A DNA stretch of 60,274 nt, filler included, from Stramenopiles sp. TOSAG23-2 (GCA_900128395.1; 6 parts of 6 records of this genome joined end to end with filler, not necessarily neighbours in it), one strand, 5' to 3'. Positions 1 through 12,189 are shown, counted from the first letter of the whole stretch. A program made the numbers and translations. Notes: generated from the sequence alone by a model not told the origin.

Positions 1-652
1 CAATAGCAGCTGTCTCAGCAAACATCGAGGAAGTTTTTAATCTAAACACCCCCATGTTCCATTTTAGAATAGAAAAATATATTTCAAATATTATTTACAA
101 ATACATACGTATCACTTTATATAAATATATACATCAATCTACTTTCACCATCGATGATATACATGTATATATATAATCATATATGAGTAAGAGAACATTT
201 TATATTTTAACTCTATAATATTTTACACAAAGGTGCTAAACTACTCTATTCCTGAAATATCAATATACATATTTATCAACATAAAAATATCCATTAAAAA
301 AAGTGCAAAATGTAGAATTTTTTACAAAAAATGCTGTGTAGACTTGCAAGTGTAAGATCCTATTTAAAATAGTGGGAAAAAGTGTCAAAATATGAAAAAA
401 ATAACACTATTCATAATGGATGTTATCTTCTTCTTCCTCCAGGCGAATAAAAAAAAAGATATTATGGTATAGGATGAATTAACATATATATATATACATT
501 TGAAAATATAGTAGAGGCTGTGACATTGTAACTAGCTACTTTAACTAGCCTTTTTATTACATATATATATATATATAGTGCAATATAGTAGAGGCTGTAT
601 TGTAACTAACTACTTTAACATTTAGGGAGACGTGTAAAAAGAAGTAATATCG

Positions 653-2395
653 ATGATGGTATCAATAGTAATATCAATTATGATGATTATCATCCCAACA
701 ATTATTGCGGATACCACTACTAGTTATAATGCAACATTAACTACTGCTACGGTTTATTTTGCTCAACCTGGTGCTACAGAAAAATACATGATTGAAATGG
801 GTATAAACGATACTTTACATGGTTTAGCAGTTGGATCTTATGCTGAAAATATACAAGGATGGGATAAGATATGGGTAAGAGCATTGAAACAAATTAATGG
901 TGGCAGTTCTGCTAATTTAGATGCTGTGGAAGCAATGGGCTTTTTTGAAGGGTATATGTCTCAAAAACGAATATATAGTTTATCACAAAATAATTATGCT
1001 GATTGGTTTGAAGATAATAAACCTAGTTCACCAACACATGTCTATGATTGGCTTATTAAAAATCACAATTGGGTCAAAGATCAAGCATCTAAAAAGCTTG
1101 CGAAATACAAAGGAACAAATATCACTACGAAAACGAAGGAATATAAATATTGGTGGACTGTGTCGCTCTTCATCAGACAATTTGATGGAATCATGTTAGG
1201 TTACAATGCAATTGCCCCGGCAAAAGAAAAATTATCATTAGAACAATTTTTATTGTTAAATGCTGATGGTGATGTAGAATCTATTATTGATCTACCAGAT
1301 TTAAAGGAAAAAATGAAAGGTATGAATATAACATTAAAAAGTGTGAAAAAGAAAAAAAACACACGTTGTAGTGCTATATTTAAACTGGATCCAGTAGTAC
1401 GTGAAATATATTTTGGACATACAACATGGGATAATTTTGATATGAGTGCCATACGACAATTAAAATCATATCAGTATGATTTCATTGAAAGTTATAATGG
1501 TGATCCCTATGTTGTTGCAATGAGTTCGTCGCCTGGATTCTTATCATCCGTTGATGATTTCTATCTATCAAGTAATCGTTTAGCTATTATTGAAACAACT
1601 AATGGTATTTATAATAAAAAATTATGGGATAAAGTTACCACTTCATCTGTATTAAGTTGGATGCGTGTGAATATTGCAAATATGTTAAGTAGTACAACTA
1701 CGGATTGGACCGAAACGTTTTGTTTAGAAAATAGTGGTACATATAATAATCAATGGATGATATTAGATATTGTAAAAGTTGAACAATATCAATATGATCG
1801 TAATATGAAATCATTATTACCTGAAACTTTTAAAGTATTGGAGCAAATTCCAGGTACTTGCACGGTGAAAGATGAAAGTAATACATTAAGTGATGAGAAA
1901 TATTGGGCATCGTATAATATTCCAGCATTTTCAAATATATGGACAGCTTCTGGATTTGGAGATGGTAGACCAAAATATGAATTTAGCCATAGTGATTGTC
2001 CACGTGCAAAGATATTTGCTGACCGATTTGATCTAGTAGAAGATTTGCATTCATTGCAAACATTACTTAGATACAATGATTATCAAACGGATAAAATATC
2101 TAAGGGTAATCCATGTAATGCTATATCAGCCAGATGCGATTTAAATAGAATTAATTCCACCAATTTTTTTTTGGAAGGTGGTATTGATTCCAAAGCAACT
2201 ACTGCATCTCTAGCAAAAAGAATGTTATTTACTGCACAACAAGGTCCAACACATGATCAACAACCGCCATTTAGCTGGCTTGATGTTGAAAAAGAATGGC
2301 CATTTAAAAAGTATGAACAAATTCCAAAACATATAGGAGCACCAGATGTTTATAATTTTAATTGGACTGAATTTAGTAATGAAATAAAACTGTGA
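653..2395 (+). CDS. PLBD: Phospholipase B-like protein (Ntn-hydrolase, PLBD/laminin-A family), secreted/lysosomal
   Basis: Signal peptide; autocleavage nucleophile motif RCSAIFK; GHTTW, SSSPGFLSSVDDFY, ETTN, NSGTYNNQWMI, YWASYNIP, LRYND, AISARCDL, GGIDSK, GPTHD motifs typical of Phospholipase_B. Confidence 0.95.
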   Translation: MMVSIVISIMMIIIPTIIADTTTSYNATLTTATVYFAQPGATEKYMIEMGINDTLHGLAVGSYAENIQGWDKIWVRALKQINGGSSANLDAVEAMGFFEGYMSQKRIYSLSQNNYADWFEDNKPSSPTHVYDWLIKNHNWVKDQASKKLAKYKGTNITTKTKEYKYWWTVSLFIRQFDGIMLGYNAIAPAKEKLSLEQFLLLNADGDVESIIDLPDLKEKMKGMNITLKSVKKKKNTRCSAIFKLDPVVREIYFGHTTWDNFDMSAIRQLKSYQYDFIESYNGDPYVVAMSSSPGFLSSVDDFYLSSNRLAIIETTNGIYNKKLWDKVTTSSVLSWMRVNIANMLSSTTTDWTETFCLENSGTYNNQWMILDIVKVEQYQYDRNMKSLLPETFKVLEQIPGTCTVKDESNTLSDEKYWASYNIPAFSNIWTASGFGDGRPKYEFSHSDCPRAKIFADRFDLVEDLHSLQTLLRYNDYQTDKISKGNPCNAISARCDLNRINSTNFFLEGGIDSKATTASLAKRMLFTAQQGPTHDQQPPFSWLDVEKEWPFKKYEQIPKHIGAPDVYNFNWTEFSNEIKL

Positions 2396-2548
2396 AAGCG
2401 ATACTTAGTAGAGGGGTGCGCGTGATGTGTGTTGGTACTGGAATGCTTTTTTTCTTTTATAATAAAATATCTTAAATGTGATTCTTTTTTTAAAAAATCT
2501 CATTATCATACGAGAAAGTAAATATTTTAAAAAAATTACGAAATACTT

Positions 2549-2584
<36 letters not shown>

Positions 2585-2637
2585 ACCACATTACAACACT
2601 TCACACTCCTAAATATTCGCCGCCCGCGCGTGTGTGT

Positions 2638-3369
2638 GATAACGATGGCGACAATGATATTTACATATCAACTGTAGGGGATAAAAGGTTCTATTTACTT
2701 ATCAATAATGGTTTTGGAAAATTTACAGAAGAGGCTATTCCTAGAGGATTAGCAAATGTAAAAAAAAATAGAGTAAAAACTGCTGGATTCACAATCGCAA
2801 GCGCTGATGTAAATCATGATGGGGTGACCTAGATGTTTTAGTTATTAATCATGGTGAAACTCCTAAGCTTTATAGAAATGATGGTGGAAATTATTATGAT
2901 TACATCCGTATAAAAGCATTGGAAAGTTGGTGACCTAGATGTTTTAGTTATTAATCATGGTGAAACTCCTAAGCTTTATAGAAATGATGGTGGAAATTAT
3001 TATGATTACATCCGTATAAAAGCATTGGAAAGTTCTGGAAGACCATCAATTGGTGCAAGAATAGAGATTAAGATCAATATTGGTAGTAAAATGATTGTAA
3101 AAGAAGTAGGAAATTCGGCTGCATACCTCTCACAATCTGAATCTATTGTACACGTAGGTTTAGGAACTATCGAGTTGGAAAATATATATGAGATTAAAGT
3201 CATTTGGCCCCCACGTTGGCATAATGAGGCGGTATCAATTGCTAGATTTAGAAACGTACAAACTAGACAAACATTAGTAACAAAAAGAGCCGGCTTTGGT
3301 GTTTTCAATGTTACAATTGATGGTAATACGTTGATAGATAATAAATGTTTCTTTGGTAGGCCAATATAA
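2638..3369 (+). pseudogene. C-terminal fragment of an FG-GAP/ASPIC-UnbV (CRTAC1-like) protein, frameshifted and 5'-truncated
   Basis: DNDGDNDIYI and DVNHDG(D)LDVLV Ca-binding FG-GAP motifs, PKLYRND, then SIGARIEI...YLSQSESIVHVGLG...VIWP (ASPIC/UnbV). Frame is broken near 2821 and by a 106-bp duplication (2823-2928/2929-3034); no start codon or upstream exon visible. Confidence 0.7.
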
Positions 3370-3567
3370 TATCGATGGTTAAAATCTAAGTTATAATAAT
3401 TTTACACTTCTCGCGTGTTAAGTAATATATGCTATTATTGATGGTTAAAATCTAAGTTATAATAATTTTACACTTCTCGCGTGTTAAGTAATATGCTATT
3501 ATAATATTATATATAAAGTCGTGTGAATCATAATATTAACCGAACACGGTGTGTGTATATATAATGG

Positions 3568-3822
3568 TGGTTAAAATCTAAGTTATACTTCGTAATAATT
3601 TTACACTTTTCTCGTGTTAAGTAATATATAATATGCTCAATACTCAATCGCAAGAATAATATGCTATCCTATTATAGTAAAAGCGTAAAAGCTCGAATGC
3701 ACCTCTGCAAACTAATACTCCACAAGCACAAGTAGGTTTGTTTCTATCCTTCCATGCGCACTCGTTGAACGGGCTGGACGCCGGGTTCATTCGAAAACGG
3801 TGAGGTTGTCGAAGTGAAAGAT
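3568..3822. mobile_element. Dispersed repeat family R1, longest copy; short copies at 3376, 3442 and 4051
   Basis: Reverse complement aligns with 23764-23992 and 34963-35184 on other contigs; all copies share the terminus (T)GGTTAAAATCT. Confidence 0.8.
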
Positions 3823-4255
3823 GTGTGTGTGTGTATCATTTACAAAAGTTATTTTCCGCCGCCGTAAATAATACGAAGTACGAGTATGTAACAGAGTTTG
3901 TTCTTGAGAAAATACGAGAAGTAATAATATCTCGGGAGTACAAATTTAAAAAACAAAGTTAAATAAGTATACACCCTCCTGAGATATATATTTTTACGAA
4001 GTATTTACGAGTCGTAAATAAATAATATATACGATTCGTAATACGATTGGGGTTAAAATCTAAGTTAAAATAATTTTACTTTCCGATTTATATATTACGA
4101 ACACCGTATATATATTTTCGTACACATGATAAATTATTATTATTCTTAATCACACTCCGGTACGCTTTCGTAGCTTCGTATAAAAATGTACCGTGGTTAC
4201 TTTCTTTTCTTTTTGCGCACCTTCTAAAATAAATATACTCTTCGTTTAAAAAATC

Positions 4256-4768
4256 TCATGACTGTGGAGATCCCATAATTTGATTAAACGTTTTTCTTCT
4301 ATTGCGCCCGGCTTGTTGTCTTGGACTGTATTGGTATGTACGTGGAGTTTTACGAGTCAGTGGATTAACTACAGGGGCTTTTTGATTGCTCGCATCGTCT
4401 ACATCTAGTGCTTCTAATTCTTCTAATAAACGTTGTTTTTCAAGTAACAACGAGTTCCTACGCCTTGATCTTTGTTCTCTTTCATTTGATGCAACGGGTT
4501 GTTGGTTAACTTCAATTTCAGGTTGCAATAACTGTTGCATTTGTGTAGAACGTTGTTGCAATAAGTTTAGATCTTCGTTTTTTACTTCTCCAAAACTACT
4601 TTCTGCTTCATAGGTAGTCGTATTATATAAATCATCACGTACTGGCATTACAATACCATATTCTTTCGCAGGCGAAATGGGACTGCTGAATTGTTGTGAT
4701 TGTGCAAATGATGGTTGCATTTGTTGTTGTTGTTGTTGTTGTTGTGGTGGTGGTGGTAGCGGTGATAT

Positions 4769-4805
<37 letters not shown>

Positions 4806-7800
4806 AGTGGTGCTGGTGGTAGCGGTGATATTTGTTGTTGCTGGTAATATGTATTATTACTCTTGGGGCTTGAAGCAAGCATTGCAAGTTCTTCCCTTAA
4901 TTCCCCTAATCGTTCCATGTGGCGTTCATACCCATGTAATGGTGGGTTACCAGATATAACATTATTCATTTTACCTACACTAACTATTTCTCGCAGCTCT
5001 TTAATCTGAGTTTTCAACTCTAAGCGTCTAGCTTTATTTCTATTATTTTGCTCAATAACTTCAGCTGATGGAGCCATTGGAGGCGGTGAGGAAGATACCA
5101 GGTGTTGACTGTTAAAATTTTGACTGGGTATCATTCTTCGATATTGAGGTGGAGTTGTTGACTGTAATTGATATTGTTGTGGTTGCAGTGCTGGTTGGGT
5201 AGGTGATGGGGTACGTCGTACTGGTTGTGCCATTGGTTGTGGTGGAGAATTTACCATAACAAATGGTGATTGAATTCCATTATAACTGCCACTTTCGTGT
5301 CGTTGCAATGGTTGTTGCTGTGGCGGCGGTGGTGGCGGCGGCGGTGTTGATTGTTGCTTTCTTAAAGTTGTCAACTCAGTTGTTACCCTAATAAGATTAT
5401 ATCTTTCCTCCTCTAATCTTTTGATTTTCTGCTCTAATTTTGCATTTTGAATTAAATATGTTTCAGTTTTAGACATTTCATTAATTACCCTTCGTAATTC
5501 TATATTTTCTTGTTGAAGTTTTTCGTAATTTTGATTTAGTATGGACAGACTTTCATTCCAAAGTTTTTGATGGTTTCGCTTCAGTAGTGAAAGACTTTCA
5601 TTCCAAGATGGAAAACTTGTTTTTTCAGTTTTTCGAACGTTCCTTTGAGATCTACTAGAACTGCCTTTTGGTGAACGATTTTTGCTGTTATAAAATTTTT
5701 GGTTTTGACGGTCAGCTTCTTGCCGTGCAAGAGTTAAAGGATTTGATAAATTTTTCTCTGTTCTAGCAGATGATGGTAAGAGATTACTCGATCTATCGAT
5801 TTTCTTATTTTTTGCATTTACCAACTTTGAGAACGAACCATCATCCATAATTGGTGTGGCATTCAAACTGTAAGTCTGTCGCAATTGTTTCATCTCCTCA
5901 TCTAATTCTTTCATACTGCTTTTTAGTAAGCTACCTTTGCTCTCCATTGTTTTGTCTTTAAGTGCAGCATCATTGAGGCTTTTATTTTTACTCTGATTTT
6001 GCCACGTGCTTGTTTTGCTAAAGCTTTTCAATTCTTTTAACTTTTCCTTTGTGATTGAATCTTGCCTCGACTTTGGGCTTAGTGGTGTAAATGCTGCTTT
6101 GCTAACAAGATTATCATCATCATCTTTCCTATTTTCCGGAGCAGTTTCATCCGCCTTTTTTGGTAATTTGACCTCAACAGCCTTCGTGCTCTTATCCTCT
6201 TTGGGGTTGGTATCTACTTGGACTGCATTATTATCAACTTGGACGGCATTATTATCAACTTTGACGGCATTATTATCAACTTGGACGGCATTATTATCAA
6301 TTTTGACGGCATTATTATCAATTTTGACGGCATTGCTATCTACCTTCGCAGGTGATGAGGAAGATTTCTCTATCGTAGCTGGTGCTACCCCTGTATTTTT
6401 TTTAAGACTATCCGTGCGCTTATTTTTTTCTCGTGTCTTTACCTGTTCCACACTAATATCTGGTTCATCATAATGATCCTCTTTCAATCCACTTGCATCC
6501 TTTGCCATTTCTTCTTCTATGTTGATTATTTCTGGCCCAGCTTGATCTGCTTGCTCTTCTTGCTCTTTTTCGGTAGCTGCTTTTGCCTCCTCGTCCGTCA
6601 TAACGCTAAAAGATAATATCAATTGACCACCGACTTTTTTATTTCTTTTTGGTTTCTTTTTTGGATCAGCTTTAAGTTCAAATTTAGCATTGGATCGACC
6701 ATATTGCTTTTGCATTTCATCTGTATCTAGTAAAACCATTCCATGGAAATCACCAGAGCCAACACGATCCCAATCATATACTTCAAATCGCAGTTCCACA
6801 TGACCATAATGTAAATCAATATCAAAAATATGATTCCATCTTGGTTTCTTAGTGTTTTTTATAATTGCTGTTTTACCGATCTTCGTATCATTTGCATATA
6901 CCACGCAATATGGATCACTCCAACCCATCATATCCACTTTTTTAATATTATCTGCTCCTACGACATGAAGATGCAATACTTGATGATGTGTACTCACAGA
7001 CAATTTTCGTTGTAATCGGGTTGTGCGCGATTCTTCAAAAACGACATTGGTAGCTAATTCTGCCATTTCTTTTTGGCTATCAGCTAACGCTTCCTCGTCA
7101 GTCATCACTGCAAACGAAAGATACAGATTACCTTGTACATGTTTATTTTTCTTGTCTTTTATTGAAGGGTCTTTCTGCAACTCAAACTTAACATTATGAC
7201 GATCGTAGTGCGCGCCAGCTTCGTTTGCATCGATTTTTACCATTCCGAGGAATACATGTTTTGCTAGCGCATTCCAATCATAAAGTTTAAATGTTAAGTC
7301 GACATGGCCATGATGTATATCAACATCAAACGTTTCATCCCATACAGGGGCCTTTTTATTCTTTTTAATCTTCGTTTTACCTATTTTTGTTCCATTTGCG
7401 TAAATGATAACATAGCCATCTGCCCAACCAATAGTATCAACTTTTTTTAATCCATCTGCGCTTAACACACGTATGTGTAAAACTTGGTGCTTCGTGCTTT
7501 TTGGCATCGAGGTTGCAGGAGCTTCGGCTATTGTAGTAGTACTAGAATTGTTTTGCCCCTCGCTTGATACTTTTTTTGCGTCATCTATTGGTGCTTCTTC
7601 TGTTTGAGGCTCTGTCGATTCAATTCCTTTTTCTAACGTGTTCTTCTCAGCACTGATAGCACTCGCATTTGTAGTTGCAGCGACCGTTGTCTCAGCGCTA
7701 ATTGGATTTTGAGCGCTGTCATTAGTCTCTGCAATTGTTTCTTCTTTTTTAGCATCTTGATTTTCAGTTTTTACTGCTTCTTCAGTCCGTTGTTGTAGAT

Positions 7801-8980
7801 ACGAATCTCGAATTTTACGTCTTTTTTCTTTTTCTAATTTTGCCTTTTCTTCTTCTGGGGACAAAACAGGGGGTGGTGGGTTCGCGTCATCCTCTTCTAC
7901 TATGTCTGGTCCATCAAAATGATCTTCAGCCATTCCAGTCACGTCTTTTGCCATTTCTTCTTCGACATTTACTGTTTCTTGCGCAGGTAGTTTCACTTGC
8001 TCTGTTTCTTCCTTTTCTGTTGCTTTTCTTGCTTCCTCATCTGTCATAACGCTAAAAGATAATATCAATTGACCACCGACTTTTTTATTCCTTTTTGGTT
8101 TCTTTTTTGGATCAGCTTTAAGTTCAAATTTAGCATTGGATCGACCATATTGCTTTTGCATTTCATCTGTATCTAGTAAAACCATTCCATGGAAATCACC
8201 AGAGCCAACACGATCCCAATCATGTACTTCAAATCGCAGTTCCACATGACCATAATGTAAATCAATATCAAAAATATGATTCCATCTTGGTTTCTTAGTA
8301 TTTTTAATAATTGCTGTTTTACCGATCTTCGTATCATTTGCATATACCACGCAATATGGATCACTCCAACCCATCATATCCACTTTTTTAATATTATCTG
8401 CTCCTACGACATGAAGATGCAATACTTGATGATGTGTACTCACAGACAACCGACGTTGTAATTTTTTCACTCTCGAGTTCTTTTGTATCGATTCAAAATC
8501 AGTAACACTATCTGCCATACTTTTATGACTATCGGCCAAAGCCTCTTCGTCTGTCATTACAGCAAATGATAGATATAGATTACCTTGTACGTGTCTGTTC
8601 TTTTTATCTTTCTTGGAGGGATCCTTTTGTAGCTCGAATTTAACATTGTGTCGATCATAATGTGCACCAGCTTCGTTTCCATCAATTTTTACCATTCCGA
8701 GGAATACATGCTTTGCAACAGCATTCCAGTCATATAGTTCAAATGTTAAGTCGACATGGCCATGATGTATATCAACATCAAACGTTTCATCCCATACAGG
8801 AGCCTTTTTATTCTTTTTTATCTTGGTTTTGCCAATTTTAGTGCCATTTGCTTTGATAATAACATATCCATCTGCCCAACCGATGGTATCAACTTTTTTC
8901 AATCCGTCAGCTCGCAACACACGTATATGTAATACTTGATGCAAAGTTTCGTGGCTTTTACTCTTTTTCTTATCGGACAT
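4256..8980 (-). CDS. Multi-C2 domain protein (four C2 domains as two C2A-C2B modules) with coiled-coil, Pro/Gln-rich C-terminus
   Basis: 1574-aa ORF; LHIRVLRADGLKKVD..GWADGYV..WDETF and VVGADNIKKVDMMGWSDPYC..DWDRVGSGDF repeated twice; poly-Q/P tail. Confidence 0.92.
6218..6343. repeat. Coding minisatellite, 6 x 21 bp (DNNAV[KQ][IV])
   Basis: Units tt[gt]gac[gt]gcattattatcaa[ct] seen directly, in frame in the C2 gene. Confidence 0.9.
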
Positions 8981-9981
8981 CGTTTGTTTTTTTTCCCCTT
9001 TTTATTTATAAAAATAGTAACACTGATATTATTATATGATATATGATATGTATATATTGAAAGAATAGTAAAATATAGATAAATCTCGTAATTCTATATA
9101 GTTAATATATTTTGTTCGGGAATATAATATGCAAACTTACGTATGTGTAGATTGTATATATATTAAAAATGAGGATCCAACAGAGACGGATTAATAGTCT
9201 ACAGTATAATAATAATATCCATAATAATTATATAATCCATATAAGTATATTTATGGATATTAGACTATATGTTGTATAATAATAAAATATTGGTGGTATA
9301 TTATACGAGGCACGAGGATATTATTTAGGCATGCTGGCATGCTGGCATGCTGGCATTAGCATGCCTTGGTGTGCTTTCCTGGGAAAACGTATAGCCAGAT
9401 AGCTGAGCTTAAGCTAGATTTGGACCCATGATGATTTAGATTGTACTATTAATATAATTAAAACCAGCATAGTATAAGATATTAGGATTGTGAAACAACC
9501 AACAAAAGTCTGTTAATATTATACAGTATAATAATACTAATAGTAATATTTCCTGGATTTGCGATTTGATATTTTTTTCGCTAGAGTATAGACAAGAGAG
9601 TAGTTTCTTTTTTTCTTGTTGTCGTCACCTAAAGACCCTATCGTTGCTATCTGGCTATATCAATACTGTGAGATTATCGTTCAATAAAATAGTTCTAAAT
9701 TTTGGGAATCTGAAAATCGAAATATGGAAATCGTGTTAACATTTATATGTTTTATAATCGTAATAATAATTTATTATATTTAATATTTTACGGATATTTT
9801 ATACTATATTTCATATATGCCAAAAATATGGGAAATTAGCCCAACGAAACTTTAATTATTAATATACTCGTACCTACTCATGCTTGTAGAGTATTATTAT
9901 CTATATACGATTTGGACTACTAATTATTATACTTCAATATGTGATATTTTCCTAGCGACTTCCGGATTAACAGGTACACAG

Positions 9982-10081
9982 NNNNNNNNNNNNNNNNNNN
10001 NNNNNNNNNNNNNNNNNNNNNNNNNTTAATTAATTAANNNNNNNNNNNNNNNNNNNNNNNNNNNNNNNNNNNNNNNNNNNN
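9982..10081. other. Artificial contig-joining spacer
   Basis: 44 N + TTAATTAATTAA (stops in all six frames) + 44 N; identical at five sites. Confidence 0.98.
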
Positions 10082-10141
10082 ATCTCCTATTAATTCACAT
10101 CTCCTCCGTGTAATCAGCTTCTGGTGTAATATGCTAATGTG

Positions 10142-10903
10142 TTATCGAGGACGCACTGCTATCCATATCATCAATTCAATTACAATAACAGCTAAATGAA
10201 AACATAAAAATGATAGAAATCCATAAAAATAAAACAAGTTTTTTTTCCCAATGCATTTGCCTGTCCATGGACAATGGTGATCTAATTCTAGAATACATGC
10301 GTCACATTCGTAGCAATGAACAGTACCACGTTCTCTTGCGACGTTGCAGTAAGAACACAATGTTTGTCCTTTTGGTATATGTACATCTATATCCGGATCA
10401 TTTTTTTCTACAATCCCAGGATCACTACATGCCGCCATCGTATACATAAATAATAACCCACCGAAACTAAAGTAAAAGATACCATTTGCAACCACATGCA
10501 TTTCTGCGGAACAAACGAGGAGATACGCAAGAGAAGGTACAAGGAACAACGAATATGTGCATAGCATACAACCGAAATCTGGCCCTACAAAACATGTCAA
10601 TGGCCAATTTAGATTGTATGGTCGCTTCGGACCGAGCCAAACAATCATTTTACCAATTTTATGATACATGCATGGGATTGGCACGCAACCTTCTGAACAT
10701 GGATGATTATCACCTTTTGTTTTAATTCTTATATTACGTGGTTGGATACTATTTTTTCTCTTTTTATTTTTTTTCTCCGTAGCGTGTAAAGCATCAACAT
10801 CCTTATCAATCCCACCCTCTAACATTTTATTCTCTTCATTCGATAAACCTTCTTCTACATTTTCATCATTATTTCCACTAATAGTATGTGTCCTGACATC
10901 CAT
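10142..10903 (-). CDS. ZDHHC: DHHC palmitoyl acyltransferase
   Basis: SDPG, CSYCNVARERGTVHCYECDACILELDHHCPWTGKCIGKKN, flanking TM helices. Confidence 0.95.
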   Translation of the reverse strand: MDVRTHTISGNNDENVEEGLSNEENKMLEGGIDKDVDALHATEKKNKKRKNSIQPRNIRIKTKGDNHPCSEGCVPIPCMYHKIGKMIVWLGPKRPYNLNWPLTCFVGPDFGCMLCTYSLFLVPSLAYLLVCSAEMHVVANGIFYFSFGGLLFMYTMAACSDPGIVEKNDPDIDVHIPKGQTLCSYCNVARERGTVHCYECDACILELDHHCPWTGKCIGKKNLFYFYGFLSFLCFHLAVIVIELMIWIAVRPR

Positions 10904-10995
10904 GCGAGTATATATAAATATTGAACTATGTGTTTTAATATTTGTTAAAAATTGTCAAACCTGAAAAGAAAAAACTAGATATTGCATCCACTTTC

Positions 10996-11253
10996 AATAA
11001 CATCAATGTTAACGATACAATCGTAAAAAAAATAATAACAGCCTATTTTACTATTATATAAGGATTAATTTCACTTGTGCTCTTCTTGCATTCTTGCACT
11101 CTTTATCTTCTAAAATTTATAATTAATAACATCAATGTTAACGATACAATCGTAAAAAAAATAATAACAGCCTATTTTACTATTATATAAGGATTAATTT
11201 CACTTGTGCTCTTCTTGCATTCTTGCACTCTTTATCTTCTAAAATTTATAATT
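10996..11253. repeat. Tandem duplication, 2 x 129 bp
   Basis: aataacatcaatgttaacg... starts at 10996 and again at 11125. Confidence 0.9.
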
Positions 11254-11353
11254 TCCAATAATAATAACAGTCGTCTGGTAGTATATATAATCATCTGGCT
11301 GGGCTGGCCAGGCTGTCCAGCTGTGGTATAATTGTACAATACCTGGTAGTCTA

Positions 11354-12189
11354 TCCTCTCGTGGGAAATATTTAAACTGCGTGTAGGCGCAGTTTAAGGA
11401 CCATAGAATCTGTACTAATTAGACCATGCCTGTTTTTGGGAGAGTTTCATCCGTCTTATTTATAATACAAGGAACTTTTACTCTCGTGGAGCACTCCTCA
11501 TTTGGTCTACTCATCCTTACTGGCGGCTTACAACAAAAGGTTCCTATATCCTCTCGTGGGAAATATTTAAACTGCGTGTAGGCGCAGTTTAAGGACCATA
11601 GGAATAGCATTATTCTAATGCTGTATCAATAGTCTTCAACTACATAGACACAGCATCTCGAACGCATCACAATTTTGATAGACTATTATTCATTTTATAC
11701 TTGAAGTATACAATTTTACGCGCCACCTAGCTTTGAAAATAGTCGCCAAAGTATTAAAATCCCATTATAATACATTATAAATAAATCGTGAAAAAGATAC
11801 CAAAAATATGACAAAAAAATAAAAACTCGATTAATCAGTTTAATATGAATACATCCCTTTAAAATAGTTACCGTTAGTTGAAGTGTGGATTATGATATTT
11901 ATTGGATTTTGGTACATATTCATGTCCTTGTAATTCAAAAACTACATGTCCAAATTATATGTTTGATATATGTATATGAAACTTTTTTATGTGTAGAATC
12001 GATTTATGTGGTCAAATTGGTGTGAAAATCGGTATTTACGGAGATCGCATTTTTTTAAAATGAGATCCCTTAAACTGCACGTAGGAGCAGATTCTCCCAC
12101 GAGAGGATATTATATAATCATCACCACATCTTCGCGAAAAAATGAGATCCCTTAAACTGCACGCAGGAGCAGATTCTCCCACGAGAGGA
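11354..12189. mobile_element. MITE-like element family M1 with doubled ends (TIR TCCTCTCGTGGGA, TA flanks)
   Basis: Left TIRs start at 11354 and 11549; right TIRs (TCCCACGAGAGGA) end at 12107 and 12189. Each is flanked by TA. Subterminal GCAGTTTAAGG is shared by both ends; no coding capacity. Confidence 0.8.

Noticed and set aside
1-55. Possible start of a minus-strand gene (MGVFRLKTSSMFAETAAI...) running off the contig
   Set aside because: Only 18 codons are visible; too little to support a call.
3568-3822. R1 as a tRNA, rRNA or snRNA gene
   Set aside because: I could not identify a cloverleaf, clear A/B boxes or known RNA motifs, and the copies carry scattered indels typical of decaying repeats; an Infernal/Rfam search would be decisive.
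6218-6343. CRISPR-like array
   Set aside because: Contiguous in-frame coding repeats without unique spacers; eukaryotic context; no cas genes.
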